DNA of 64,000 nt from Escherichia phage HansTraber_Bas100: the sequence record PQ850605.1. The stretch is one strand, 5' to 3'. A model generated the notes under the pieces. It saw only the letters and a program-made list of their open reading frames with translations. It ran no database searches and had not been told where the DNA came from. Of this stretch, positions 19,876 to 29,497 are shown one piece after another (position 1 is the first letter of the stretch; each line of letters opens with the position of its first letter). The position numbers and the translations under genes are program-made.

Positions 19876-19879
19876 TAAT

Positions 19880-20752
19880 TTGAAAAAGAGAATCCTTAAA
19901 GTCACCTTATCTATGCCGGATGGCACAAGCCAAGTGCTTGATGAAGGATTGATGCTTAGATGCCGAATCAAAAAGGCAGCACTTTCCGTGCAAAATAAGG
20001 CCACAATCGAAGTCGCAGGATTAACAGGGTACTTGAGAGAGTACCTGCTTTCCAACTTCACCGCATTCAACAAACGTCTGCGTGATCAAGGCCAATTGGC
20101 GGCGAATTATGTCAACGTAACAATTGAAGCTGGATATAGAGAAGGCAACGTTGTTAGTAGCAACTTAGTCTACAAGGGGCAAGTCACAACGGTCGAGATA
20201 ACAGCGCCGCCGCCGAACATCGTCATACGCATCACTTGCTACACCAACCAGATAAACAGGACTAAGTTCATCACTCAAGCTGCGCCGTCAAACCCAACAT
20301 TCAAAGAGTTTGTGGAGTGGTCGGCAAAGCAAATGGATATTGATACTGTTATATGCGATACTTCGATTAACAATCAGCGCCTTGTTAACCCAGGCCGCAC
20401 AACATATGTTGCAGCCGCCTTGCTGCTTGAGATTCAGAACTATCAAAGGAACTCTATTGCGGCATATATCGATGATGATACGCTCATCGTCAAGGATAAA
20501 GACAAAATTCTGAATCCAGAACAAATAACGGTGATTGAGGAATTTGTCGGAATACCGATGTGGAACGAGTGGGGCGCTGACTTCACTTGCATGTATAACG
20601 CGGATTTGAAGCTTGCCCAAGGTGTGAAATTCAAATCAGTCTTAAACCCAAGCTTGAACGACACCACATTCGTCATCATGCAACTTGAATATGATTTAGC
20701 AAGTCGTGATGACATATTTACGGTGACGGGCGACGTTGCACCATCGGCCTAA
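19880..20752 (+). CDS. tail/baseplate assembly protein (post-tape-measure)
   Basis: 290-aa ORF, probable TTG start; position. Confidence 0.5.
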   Translation: MKKRILKVTLSMPDGTSQVLDEGLMLRCRIKKAALSVQNKATIEVAGLTGYLREYLLSNFTAFNKRLRDQGQLAANYVNVTIEAGYREGNVVSSNLVYKGQVTTVEITAPPPNIVIRITCYTNQINRTKFITQAAPSNPTFKEFVEWSAKQMDIDTVICDTSINNQRLVNPGRTTYVAAALLLEIQNYQRNSIAAYIDDDTLIVKDKDKILNPEQITVIEEFVGIPMWNEWGADFTCMYNADLKLAQGVKFKSVLNPSLNDTTFVIMQLEYDLASRDDIFTVTGDVAPSA

Positions 20753-20754
20753 AT

Positions 20755-21276
20755 ATGAGAAAGAATAAAGTAATTGAGCTGTTTGGAGTTACTTATGAAA
20801 TACATCAATTCAGCGCAATAGATGCGTTTGAAATGGTTGATGCGATAAGCATATTAACTCCACTTGAATTATTGAGTGAATGTCATGTTATCAAATATGA
20901 CGGAACTAAAGTCAGGTTAAACTCTGAGAAGGCAATAAGTGAAGAGGTGAAAAGTGTGCCAAATCACTTGCCGCCCAACCTTGTATTGAAAGTTCTAATG
21001 GAAGCGGTAAAGAAGCACAATTTTGGATTCCTCAGCGATTGGAAAGGTACTAAGATTCCAAATAGATTCTTGGCTGACGTTCCGACCGTAGAGCCTAATT
21101 ATCTTGAGCCGATGGTTGCAAGCCTAATAAACAATGGTCTTGCTTCGTTAAAAGAATTGGAAGAATATTATTCATTGCGTGATGCATTCGCTATGTTTGA
21201 TGGACTAATAGCAAAATCACTTAATGAAGCCTACTCAAACGAAGCTGCCATTAAAGAATCAAAGTCAAATCGCTAA
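20755..21276 (+). CDS. hypothetical protein
   Basis: 173-aa ORF, ATG 2 nt after upstream stop. Confidence 0.5.
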   Translation: MRKNKVIELFGVTYEIHQFSAIDAFEMVDAISILTPLELLSECHVIKYDGTKVRLNSEKAISEEVKSVPNHLPPNLVLKVLMEAVKKHNFGFLSDWKGTKIPNRFLADVPTVEPNYLEPMVASLINNGLASLKELEEYYSLRDAFAMFDGLIAKSLNEAYSNEAAIKESKSNR

Positions 21277-21288
21277 AATATTGCTTAT

Positions 21289-21333
21289 AGACTCCTTATA
21301 GATTATAATTTGTTGATCAGATATAAGGAGTCT
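21289..21333 (+). promoter_or_regulatory. hairpin sequestering the RBS of the downstream baseplate gene
   Basis: AGACTCCTTA (21289-21298) is the exact reverse complement of TAAGGAGTCT (21324-21333), which contains the AAGGAG RBS of the ATG at 21334. Confidence 0.4.
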
Positions 21334-22062
21334 ATGATGGCAGAAAAGTTAACCCAACTTACAAGCCCCAACCAAACTGACAAATCAAGTATGTTTGCCG
21401 CGCTGCAGGGAATGCTGGACCGTGGCAAGTATACCACTGACGGCATGATTCCTGCACAAGTAATATCTTATGACCGCAAACAGAATTTAGCAGTCATAAA
21501 GCCTGTTATTCATTTCGTAAGTCTTGATGATAAACCAGTGGAGCGTCAACCTTTGGTGTCAATTCCTGTATTGGCAATCGGCGGCGGCGGCTTCGTAATC
21601 AACTTTCCTCTGAAAGAGGGTGATTTGGGCTGGATATTCGCTGGCGACCGCGAGTTGTCGACATTCCTTGAAGAATTGAAGCCGACCGCGCCTACCAATG
21701 GCCGCGCGAAAACTTTTGCTGATGGACTGTTCATACCGGATGTATTTCGAAAATACGCCATAAGCGGAGAGGATGCAGGCTCAATGGTAATCCAGTCACT
21801 CAGCGGAGCTGTCCGCATCGCATTAAGTGATGACTCGATAAACATAACTGCATCGGCTGGAGTAAATGTGAAAACACCAATAACCACTATCGACCAACAA
21901 TTGATAGTTAATGGAAAGGCAACGTTCAATGGTGGTATAGAAGGGAAAGAAGGAACGACGGCAACGCTTCCGACTGGCACAACAATCGGCGGCACAAATG
22001 TATCCACTCACGGTCACATAGGTAACGGACCTGGAAACAGAACTGGGGATATGATAGAATGA
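21334..22062 (+). CDS. baseplate spike/hub-like protein (gpV-like, tentative)
   Basis: ATG 21334 with AAGGAG RBS preferred over track 21310; position ahead of baseplate J-like gene. Confidence 0.45.
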   Translation: MMAEKLTQLTSPNQTDKSSMFAALQGMLDRGKYTTDGMIPAQVISYDRKQNLAVIKPVIHFVSLDDKPVERQPLVSIPVLAIGGGGFVINFPLKEGDLGWIFAGDRELSTFLEELKPTAPTNGRAKTFADGLFIPDVFRKYAISGEDAGSMVIQSLSGAVRIALSDDSINITASAGVNVKTPITTIDQQLIVNGKATFNGGIEGKEGTTATLPTGTTIGGTNVSTHGHIGNGPGNRTGDMIE

Positions 22063-23330
22063 GTGCACAATATTCTTACATAGTAAGCACTGGTGTAATA
22101 ACCATCGACACAGCCGATTTGCTGGCTGACGTTCAAAGTGAATGGATTGAGTCATTAGGGGTCGGGCTTGACGTTGATGCCTCGACACCGCAAGGCACCC
22201 TAATCGCAACGGAGACTTTGGCAAGAACTTCAGTGATGAAGAACAACGCCGAGCTGGGAAGTCTCATCAACCCAAATTATTCGTATGGCGTATACCTTGA
22301 TGCCATCGCGGCATTGCTTGGGATTGAGCGAACTAAAAACATCAGCACGATGCTAAAAGGAATTACCGCAGAAGGAACGCCGCTGTTGGAGATTCCTGCT
22401 GGAAGTTTGCTGACGGATTCAAATGGCACATACTGGTATGTTTTGGAAGACGTTCAAATCACTTCGACTGGCAAGACAAGTAATATGACTCTTGCATCAA
22501 AAGAGTATGGCTCATTTACTGTTGCACCTGATGAAGAGTTTACCGTGGTGCAAGGATATGACGTCATCGGATGGTCAAGAACGTATTCAACATCAGCAAC
22601 GACGACCGTACCAGGTACGCAATACATGGGCGACGGAGCGTTAAAGGCCGCTCGCGTTAAGCGCCTTTACCAGCAGGGAATTGCATCGCTTGGTGCTATT
22701 CGCGCTCGCGCCATGTCGGTCGACGGCGTGGAATCGGTGATGGTCGTGGAGAACGACACGGGATTGCCTGGAACGGTGCGCGGCATCACCTTTTCAACGC
22801 CTAACGGTGTCTGGGTGTGCGCAAGCGGAACGTTCGATAAGCAAGTCTTTGCTGAGACTATTTTCAAGGCAAAGATGGGTGGCCAGCCGTGGGACTTTGG
22901 TGCTACCAACCAGGGTGATCCAGTCAACTCGCCTGATGGAATAGAAGTTGTCGACGAAGAATCGCAACTGTCTTATTTCGTAAAGTTCAACACTGCTGTC
23001 ATATATGACTTGTATGTCGATATTACTGTTGTAAGAGGCACCGCAACCGCCGATGCCGAATCTATTATTGCCGCTGTGTTGAATTACGGTAATGGAAATT
23101 TTAACGGCGAGCAAGGATATGCAGTGGGCCAATCTCAATCTTCTTTTGAGATTGCTTCAGCAGTGTCTTGCGAGTATCCAGGTCTGTACATTAAAGATTG
23201 CAAAATTGCAGCAGTAAAAAGCGGACAGGCAGCGCCAAATTATCCATCCGATTACGGCAGCGAGTGGATTGCCAATCCTTGGGATAAGGCTAATACTATG
23301 CGCGGCTTCATCAACGTTAAATTTGTGTGA
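22059..23330 (+). CDS. baseplate J-like protein
   Basis: 423-aa ORF, ATGA overlap; size and position typical of gpJ-like baseplate wedge proteins. Confidence 0.55.
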   Translation: MSAQYSYIVSTGVITIDTADLLADVQSEWIESLGVGLDVDASTPQGTLIATETLARTSVMKNNAELGSLINPNYSYGVYLDAIAALLGIERTKNISTMLKGITAEGTPLLEIPAGSLLTDSNGTYWYVLEDVQITSTGKTSNMTLASKEYGSFTVAPDEEFTVVQGYDVIGWSRTYSTSATTTVPGTQYMGDGALKAARVKRLYQQGIASLGAIRARAMSVDGVESVMVVENDTGLPGTVRGITFSTPNGVWVCASGTFDKQVFAETIFKAKMGGQPWDFGATNQGDPVNSPDGIEVVDEESQLSYFVKFNTAVIYDLYVDITVVRGTATADAESIIAAVLNYGNGNFNGEQGYAVGQSQSSFEIASAVSCEYPGLYIKDCKIAAVKSGQAAPNYPSDYGSEWIANPWDKANTMRGFINVKFV

Positions 23331-23336
23331 GGAACT

Positions 23337-26075
23337 ATGCAAAAGTTTGACACAAACCTGTTGCAAAACCTTAAGTGGATGCAGAACAATGCGCCAAACA
23401 TCACATCTTTGGTGCAAAAGAAAAGTGACTGGTATGAAAGATACCAAGATCAGTTTTGGACTGACTGGTACAATAACATTTTTAACATTGACACTTGTGA
23501 TGCAATGGGCATTTATATTTGGTGCGACATTCTTTGCATACCAAGAGACTTTGTGGACTTAAGCAATTATGAGCACAACTGGGCGTTTGGAACGACGCGC
23601 GACAACTTTGAAGGTGCGGACAACATCGGCGGCAACTTCTTTGGTGCTGGCGGGAAGGTTGTAAAGAATATCGAAGAAGCACGCATACTTCTTAAGCTTC
23701 GTTATCTGACGCTCACAAGTGATGGTCGCATCGAAAGTATCAACCGCATGCTTAAGTGGATTTTCAACCGTGGAGAGGCTTGGGATTACTCTTCATCACG
23801 CTACGCATACGTGACCGACAACACTCAAGGCGCAGTATCTTCATCTGAATCAACAAATGGATCATTCCTTCTATACGACTGGCAGGGGTCAACTGAGATT
23901 CAGCACGATTATAAGCAGATACTTTTAAGCCATGGCAACAACGCCGGACTGACTATCAGCGGAGTGTCAGGCACCGTGTCACGGATGGCGCACCCAGATT
24001 GGTACTCATGGGGGAATGGTTCCGGCACAGGTCTTGTCGGCGGCGACACAAGACAGTATGGCGGCCCTGATTACTATGGGCAGTTGTGTGGCGATTACCC
24101 AGGTGAGGCAATAGAGAATTTTGCCAACGCAGTAAGGGTCGTCAAGACGGCTTCAAGCGGTGAGCCTGTGTATTCTTTGGCCAATAATCCAAGCGCACAG
24201 TCAATTGCCCTTCCTTCGCAGGCTGGCGTTAACGTTTGCTATAGCTTCTACATAAAGGTGCTTTCTGAAAACGTCGCTTCTGTTTCTGTTACAGAGAATA
24301 GTGATGCATCGAGTAATGGAAAGCTGTTTGACCCCGTCACTGGCCAGTTCAACTTGGACCCGTCATTGAGCTATTTCATCAAAGGCAAATTCGATGGAGT
24401 AAGAAGGGAATCAAACCGTGGTGGCATAAAAGCAATTGGCGGCGATTGGTATCGAATCTGGATTGTAGAGCAGACGGCAACCGCTGCTTCTGGAGTAAGT
24501 ACCAGCTTTTCAATAGAGTTGAAGGCGACTGCCGCTGGATCAACTCAAACTCGTGAATTGCCTGAAGGGTCTGATGCTCTTTTGTTTGGATACTCGATTT
24601 GCGTCTGCGACCCTGTTCAGAATCCAAATGGACCTGAGCCTTATTTTTATGGAACGCAAAACCCTCCTTCTGACGGAATAGCAATCCTGTCTGTAACGGC
24701 GGGAACGCTCAATAACATCTCCTGTGCAAACGGACCGCTGACGACAAGAAACGGTGTAGTTGGCGAGTCATTCATGCAACCTGGCTCATCACTTGCATAC
24801 TCTGGCTCAATCGGCGGCTACCCGTACCCAGGGAACGCCACGCTGATTGCAGAGACTGATGGAATCAGACGCTCATGGAACGTTAGCAGGCTGGATGGAG
24901 TACCGCCGCCGCCGACCGCCGACTATTACATGGAATACGTCATCGGACCTTATTTCGCCAACAACCTGTCTGACAACTTTAAGACGCTAGTTGGCGACAG
25001 GAATGAAGGATTCTTGCCAGCAAATGCCGGAATACGCTGGCAGCTTTACCAAGAAGTCGCAGACTTATCTGATATCGATTTGACTGTCAGCGACATAACA
25101 GACACGCGCGTAGGATTTGAAACGGAAGGTGTTGCGTGGATTAACACTGACGGCATCATCAGAGTTGGCGGCATTAACGAGTGGCCGCTGAACAACTTCA
25201 ACGGTGTGATACGCCAGCTTGAATCTTTGAAAGGTGTAAACCAGGTCGTCGACGGCGCGCTTGTCAACGACTATTCAATCTCAAAAGCATCAAGAGATGA
25301 CTTTGGTCGTGAAATACCACGCGCGGCAATCACTAACTATTGGCGCTACACACAGCCAAATGACGGTACATCTTTTGGCAATATCATTGAGGATGGCGCA
25401 AACACTGTCACAGCGACGCCAATCAGCGGTGCGCCCAACCAGTTCCCATCATTCAAGCTTTCCGCTACAATAGGGACTGTGCCAGCGTCCGGTTATGCAC
25501 GCGCTGTACTTGCTACTAAATACACTGGCACCCTGACTGGCCCTTTGTCATTTATCGCAATAGTCAAAAACAACACGGTTAACGGTCAAAAACTTTTTGT
25601 AACTGTACCGGATGGGATGGGCAGCTATATCCCTAAATTCTACAACATAGGCGCAGGTGATTTGCAACGTATCGAAATCGACCTTGGCGCTGAGATTGTT
25701 GAAGGCGCTACCTGGGATGGATCAACAGGCGGCATCAGCATCGGTTTGATATCAGGGAAAGACTTGCCGACCGAAGTTGGTACGACTCTTGAACTTGATA
25801 TTTTAAGCTTGATGCTTGTGTCTGGTAGTACGATGAATGCGCTTGCAATTTCAACAAGCGAAGATTTCGCAAAGAAAACTGCGACTTCTATATACATCAA
25901 AAACCCAGGATCACTTGCCACTGGAGTTCAATTGATTGCTTCTAATGGTGATGTTGTAGCAACAGTAAACTTTCCGAGAAGTGCTGCTGGTGGTTATGTT
26001 TCAAGCATGAACATAACTGACTTAACTGGTGATTGGGCATCAACCCTTTTATCAAAAATTAAATACATCGTGTAG
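23337..26075 (+). CDS. large baseplate wedge / tail fibre-associated protein
   Basis: 912-aa ORF; N-terminus resembles gpI-like baseplate proteins; precedes tail fibre gene. Confidence 0.5.
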   Translation: MQKFDTNLLQNLKWMQNNAPNITSLVQKKSDWYERYQDQFWTDWYNNIFNIDTCDAMGIYIWCDILCIPRDFVDLSNYEHNWAFGTTRDNFEGADNIGGNFFGAGGKVVKNIEEARILLKLRYLTLTSDGRIESINRMLKWIFNRGEAWDYSSSRYAYVTDNTQGAVSSSESTNGSFLLYDWQGSTEIQHDYKQILLSHGNNAGLTISGVSGTVSRMAHPDWYSWGNGSGTGLVGGDTRQYGGPDYYGQLCGDYPGEAIENFANAVRVVKTASSGEPVYSLANNPSAQSIALPSQAGVNVCYSFYIKVLSENVASVSVTENSDASSNGKLFDPVTGQFNLDPSLSYFIKGKFDGVRRESNRGGIKAIGGDWYRIWIVEQTATAASGVSTSFSIELKATAAGSTQTRELPEGSDALLFGYSICVCDPVQNPNGPEPYFYGTQNPPSDGIAILSVTAGTLNNISCANGPLTTRNGVVGESFMQPGSSLAYSGSIGGYPYPGNATLIAETDGIRRSWNVSRLDGVPPPPTADYYMEYVIGPYFANNLSDNFKTLVGDRNEGFLPANAGIRWQLYQEVADLSDIDLTVSDITDTRVGFETEGVAWINTDGIIRVGGINEWPLNNFNGVIRQLESLKGVNQVVDGALVNDYSISKASRDDFGREIPRAAITNYWRYTQPNDGTSFGNIIEDGANTVTATPISGAPNQFPSFKLSATIGTVPASGYARAVLATKYTGTLTGPLSFIAIVKNNTVNGQKLFVTVPDGMGSYIPKFYNIGAGDLQRIEIDLGAEIVEGATWDGSTGGISIGLISGKDLPTEVGTTLELDILSLMLVSGSTMNALAISTSEDFAKKTATSIYIKNPGSLATGVQLIASNGDVVATVNFPRSAAGGYVSSMNITDLTGDWASTLLSKIKYIV

Positions 26076-26085
26076 AGGAACGGCA

Positions 26086-27873
26086 ATGCCAACACTTATT
26101 AACAGACCTTTCGCGCAAAGCGGTGATGTATCCGTGGTGCCGGATGCAAGTCCAAGCGGTTATGTGAACTTCCAGCGCGGCTACACCCCTGACTATGCAC
26201 TTGCGCTGGAAGCCGGAAACGTCGCCGCGAAAGCAGTTGAACGTGAGTCGATGAACTGGTTGCTGAATCTGATCACCGACAACCTTATGTTCATCCAGGA
26301 CCACGGCGCTCAACAGTATTTCTCGTCTGACTTGAAGCCAGATGGATACCCGAAAAATGCCATCGTTGTCAGCAACTCTGGCACCCCTTCAGCGCCTGAA
26401 TGGCGCATTTTCCAGAGTGTGGTAGACGGCAACACCAGCGCAGTCCCAGCTAACGGCGAAACAGAATCTTGGCAGGAATTGACGCTGCCTAGCGAAGCGA
26501 GAAAATATATTCCTATGCCTGCTGGCGGCGATGCGCAAAACCCGTATTTTGTTCGCGGACTGATTTCAAACTTTGTGGACTTTGATAATATCACGACTTC
26601 CACAACTATTGTCATTCAATCTGATGCCGTTGCCGCTCTCTGCTCTAACATCCCGAACGCGGTTGGTGCGACGAAGGTTGCAGGTCGTCTCCAGGTTTGC
26701 GCTTGGCAGGTTGATGCGCAGACTTTCGCCCTGCAACAATACACGTCAATGAACGGATATGTTTTCACCCGCTCTTATACGTCTGGTGCTTGGAGTGCTT
26801 GGATTCAAAATGCAACTGTTCAAGATGTGCAAATCGGCACGCCGAATCTTGCATCAGGTAAAGGCGCACAAGATATAATCCTTACCGTTCCGGCAGGTTA
26901 TGCATGGCCGCCGTCAGCAGGTAGTCGCCTGACAATTGTCAATGATGTAACGACTACCGGACCTGTTACCGTGACCATTGGTGCAAACAAAGTTGCAGTC
27001 CTTGGATTCGACGGCGGCGAGCTGCCAGCAGGGTCCATCGTCGGGCTTCTTCCTTTTACTATTATTTATGACGGCACCGTTTGGCGTCTTCTTCAAGCAT
27101 TCGGCGCGGCGCAAATCGGTGTCGATGCTAGTGAGCCGCAACAGTTTGTTACAAAGCGCCAACTCGATGCTTTGGCCGCGAAGTTGATCACTATGGGTGA
27201 TGTGTTCGAAGTCGGTGAGACTCGATTCTTGACTAATGGCACCAACCCAAATACTAAACTGGGCGCTTACGGTCAGGTATGGACCAGATTGCCTGATAAC
27301 ATGGTCATCAGGACGTCTGGCACGGCAAGAAACGGTCTTGACACTGGAGGTGCAGACTCTGTTACTCTTACTGCCGCCATGCTTCCTCTGCACAATCACA
27401 GCGTGAACATAACTACGCGACAAAGTGGTCCATGGTCCAATACCACTGGAGACGCAGGCAACCATAACCACACAGGCGATACCAGTCAAAACGGTGCTCA
27501 CGTGCACGGAATGGATTCAGCAGGCAACCACCACCATGACAGTAGCTGGGGTGAAGCAAATACGAATGATGCGCGGTATGGCGTGTATGATGGGACGCAC
27601 AACAACTTCGGAAGTCGAAAGGGCGGCGACTGGGACAACTATAAATACAACACCTCAACTAACGGCAACCACGTTCACAATATTCAATCTTCTGGGTCAC
27701 ACACTCATGGGTTGAATATAAATTACGCTGGCAATCACAGCCATGGATATACCCTCCCCGCTCACACTCACGATGTGGTCGGTAACACTGGCGATGCAGG
27801 GCAGTCCGTCCCAACGGCTGTTTCAACTCTGCCGCGATATGTCGTCTTGAACGGCTGGTACAGAAGCGCATAA
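26086..27873 (+). CDS. tail fibre protein with His-rich HxH repeat tip
   Basis: ATG 26086 with AGAGGA RBS; C-terminal GNHNHTGD, GAHVHG, GNHHHD, GNHVHN, GSHTHG, GNHSHG, AHTHD repeats. Confidence 0.65.
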   Translation: MPTLINRPFAQSGDVSVVPDASPSGYVNFQRGYTPDYALALEAGNVAAKAVERESMNWLLNLITDNLMFIQDHGAQQYFSSDLKPDGYPKNAIVVSNSGTPSAPEWRIFQSVVDGNTSAVPANGETESWQELTLPSEARKYIPMPAGGDAQNPYFVRGLISNFVDFDNITTSTTIVIQSDAVAALCSNIPNAVGATKVAGRLQVCAWQVDAQTFALQQYTSMNGYVFTRSYTSGAWSAWIQNATVQDVQIGTPNLASGKGAQDIILTVPAGYAWPPSAGSRLTIVNDVTTTGPVTVTIGANKVAVLGFDGGELPAGSIVGLLPFTIIYDGTVWRLLQAFGAAQIGVDASEPQQFVTKRQLDALAAKLITMGDVFEVGETRFLTNGTNPNTKLGAYGQVWTRLPDNMVIRTSGTARNGLDTGGADSVTLTAAMLPLHNHSVNITTRQSGPWSNTTGDAGNHNHTGDTSQNGAHVHGMDSAGNHHHDSSWGEANTNDARYGVYDGTHNNFGSRKGGDWDNYKYNTSTNGNHVHNIQSSGSHTHGLNINYAGNHSHGYTLPAHTHDVVGNTGDAGQSVPTAVSTLPRYVVLNGWYRSA

Positions 27874-27881
27874 GGTGATTT

Positions 27882-28526
27882 ATGATTAATGCAAACGTAA
27901 TATCTAAAGGGACCGGATGCAGCATGGATGTTGCTGAAAAATGGGTCGACCCCTTCAAGCAGGCTTGTGAGCACTACGGAATCAAAAGCAAGAATGCCAT
28001 CGCTGCGCTGCTTGCAAACGTAGGAGTGGAAACAGGCAGTCTGAAGACCTTTGTGGAAAATCTGAATTATTCCGCTCAAGGTCTTGCTAATACGTGGCCT
28101 AGCCGTTACAGCGCCAGCGGTCGTTTCGGTGGCGCACCAAACTCCTTGGCATTGTCGATTGCCCGTAAACCAATGGAAATCGCCAATAATACATATGCAA
28201 ACCGAATGGGAAATGGTTCGGTAGCATCTGGCGACGGTTGGAAGTACCGTGGCCGTGGTGCCATTCAGCTGACTGGAAAGGATAACTATGCAGAGTATTC
28301 AAAGCAATCAGGGTATGACGCATTGAATAACCCTGACATTTTGACTGAGCCGAAATACATTGCTGACAGCGCGGCATGGTTCTTCAAGAACAGCGGTTGC
28401 ATTCCACTTGCCGATGCGGGCGCATTTGATTCGACCGTGAAGCGGATTAACGGGGCCGCGCCAAATACGGCTAACCATGGGGATTTGCGACGAAAGCGTT
28501 ACAAGGAAGCACTAGCAGTTATGTAA
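27882..28526 (+). CDS. endolysin, glycoside hydrolase family 19 type
   Basis: YRGRGAIQLTG matches the GH19 signature; last gene of + strand structural block. Confidence 0.75.
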   Translation: MINANVISKGTGCSMDVAEKWVDPFKQACEHYGIKSKNAIAALLANVGVETGSLKTFVENLNYSAQGLANTWPSRYSASGRFGGAPNSLALSIARKPMEIANNTYANRMGNGSVASGDGWKYRGRGAIQLTGKDNYAEYSKQSGYDALNNPDILTEPKYIADSAAWFFKNSGCIPLADAGAFDSTVKRINGAAPNTANHGDLRRKRYKEALAVM

Positions 28527-28558
28527 GAAAAAGGCCCATATGGGCCTTTGTTTATTTT
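28527..28558. terminator. bidirectional intrinsic terminator
   Basis: AAGGCCCA-ta-TGGGCCTT stem flanked by A-run upstream and T-run downstream, between convergent genes. Confidence 0.6.
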
Positions 28559-28782
28559 ACGGCTTCAACCTGGACGGGCGGCGCGGAACTTGTATCGATG
28601 TCTGGCAAGTCGAAGTAATACCCCGCCATGCCAATCACGCCAACAATCGCGGCCCGTGCCACCTTGTTGCTAATTGACTCCCCAATAAGCTTTACCAACA
28701 GGGACAAGATTTGAGACGTCAAAGCCTTTTTCAGCCTTTTGTTTTCTTCCAAATCTTTCTGCATAACTACCACCCATGTCAA
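28552..28782 (-). CDS. small hypothetical protein with one hydrophobic segment
   Basis: 76-aa ORF, AAIVGVIGMAGYYF hydrophobic stretch; ATGA overlap with upstream gene. Confidence 0.45.
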   Translation of the reverse strand: MTWVVVMQKDLEENKRLKKALTSQILSLLVKLIGESISNKVARAAIVGVIGMAGYYFDLPDIDTSSAPPVQVEAVK

Positions 28783-29321
28783 CGCACATCCTGTGTCTTA
28801 ACATTACCTGAAGCATCTCTTAATGGCAGTGGATAGTAGGCCATTTGGTAGTCTGATACGCCTTCAACATGATAAAACACGATTACGTCTTTGCTGTTGA
28901 TGAGCATGTTAACGACATCTGATTTATCTTCTGGAGTGAGTATGAGTGCGCCGCCTGTCCTGCTGTCTACTGCAACAGGGTATGTCTTATCGACAAGGCC
29001 GCTGTCCAATGTATTATACCTGACAACGATTTCAGGGGCATCAACTTTTGCAATTGACATTCCGAACACAAACGACACGACTTGGCGACCGCGATCATTC
29101 ATTACGCACATCTTTTCCTTGTCAAACCTTTCCTTTATCACATCGTATTTATTCCAGCAAAATTCGAACGATTGGCCGTTGTTAAAATATCTCGTTAACA
29201 CTTTGGCATTACTATTTGGCGGCGTAAACATACTTTCAGCCGCTGCACTTTTGGTGAAGAACAAAACTGTCAGCATAGCCATGATGATGATCAAAACAAT
29301 CTTTAAGTTTTTCGATTTCAT
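28779..29321 (-). CDS. secreted or membrane-anchored protein (N-terminal signal/TM)
   Basis: AAGGTGA RBS; N-terminus MKSKNLKIVLIIIMAMLTVLFFTKSAAA. Confidence 0.5.
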   Translation of the reverse strand: MKSKNLKIVLIIIMAMLTVLFFTKSAAAESMFTPPNSNAKVLTRYFNNGQSFEFCWNKYDVIKERFDKEKMCVMNDRGRQVVSFVFGMSIAKVDAPEIVVRYNTLDSGLVDKTYPVAVDSRTGGALILTPEDKSDVVNMLINSKDVIVFYHVEGVSDYQMAYYPLPLRDASGNVKTQDVR

Positions 29322-29394
29322 TATAATTCACCTTTTGATTACGAATATTAATAGTATAGGCCGAAGGTTTTGAAAGTAAATAAGGCGAAAGGTA

Positions 29395-29425
29395 AATAAA
29401 AGAAAAGCCGGAGATTTCCGGCTTT
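29395..29425 (-). terminator. intrinsic terminator downstream of ligase gene
   Basis: AAAGCCGGA-gatt-TCCGGCTTT stem followed on the - strand by a T-rich run. Confidence 0.55.
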
Positions 29426-29497
29426 ATGTATACACTGTATATTAAATTCTATAAAACGACGCGATAGATTATCCGCACCAATTACTTATCTAGTGTC

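Noticed and set aside
23337-27873. Diversity-generating retroelement targeting the tail fibre genes
   Set aside because: No reverse transcriptase gene and no template/variable repeat pair noticed near the fibre 3' ends.
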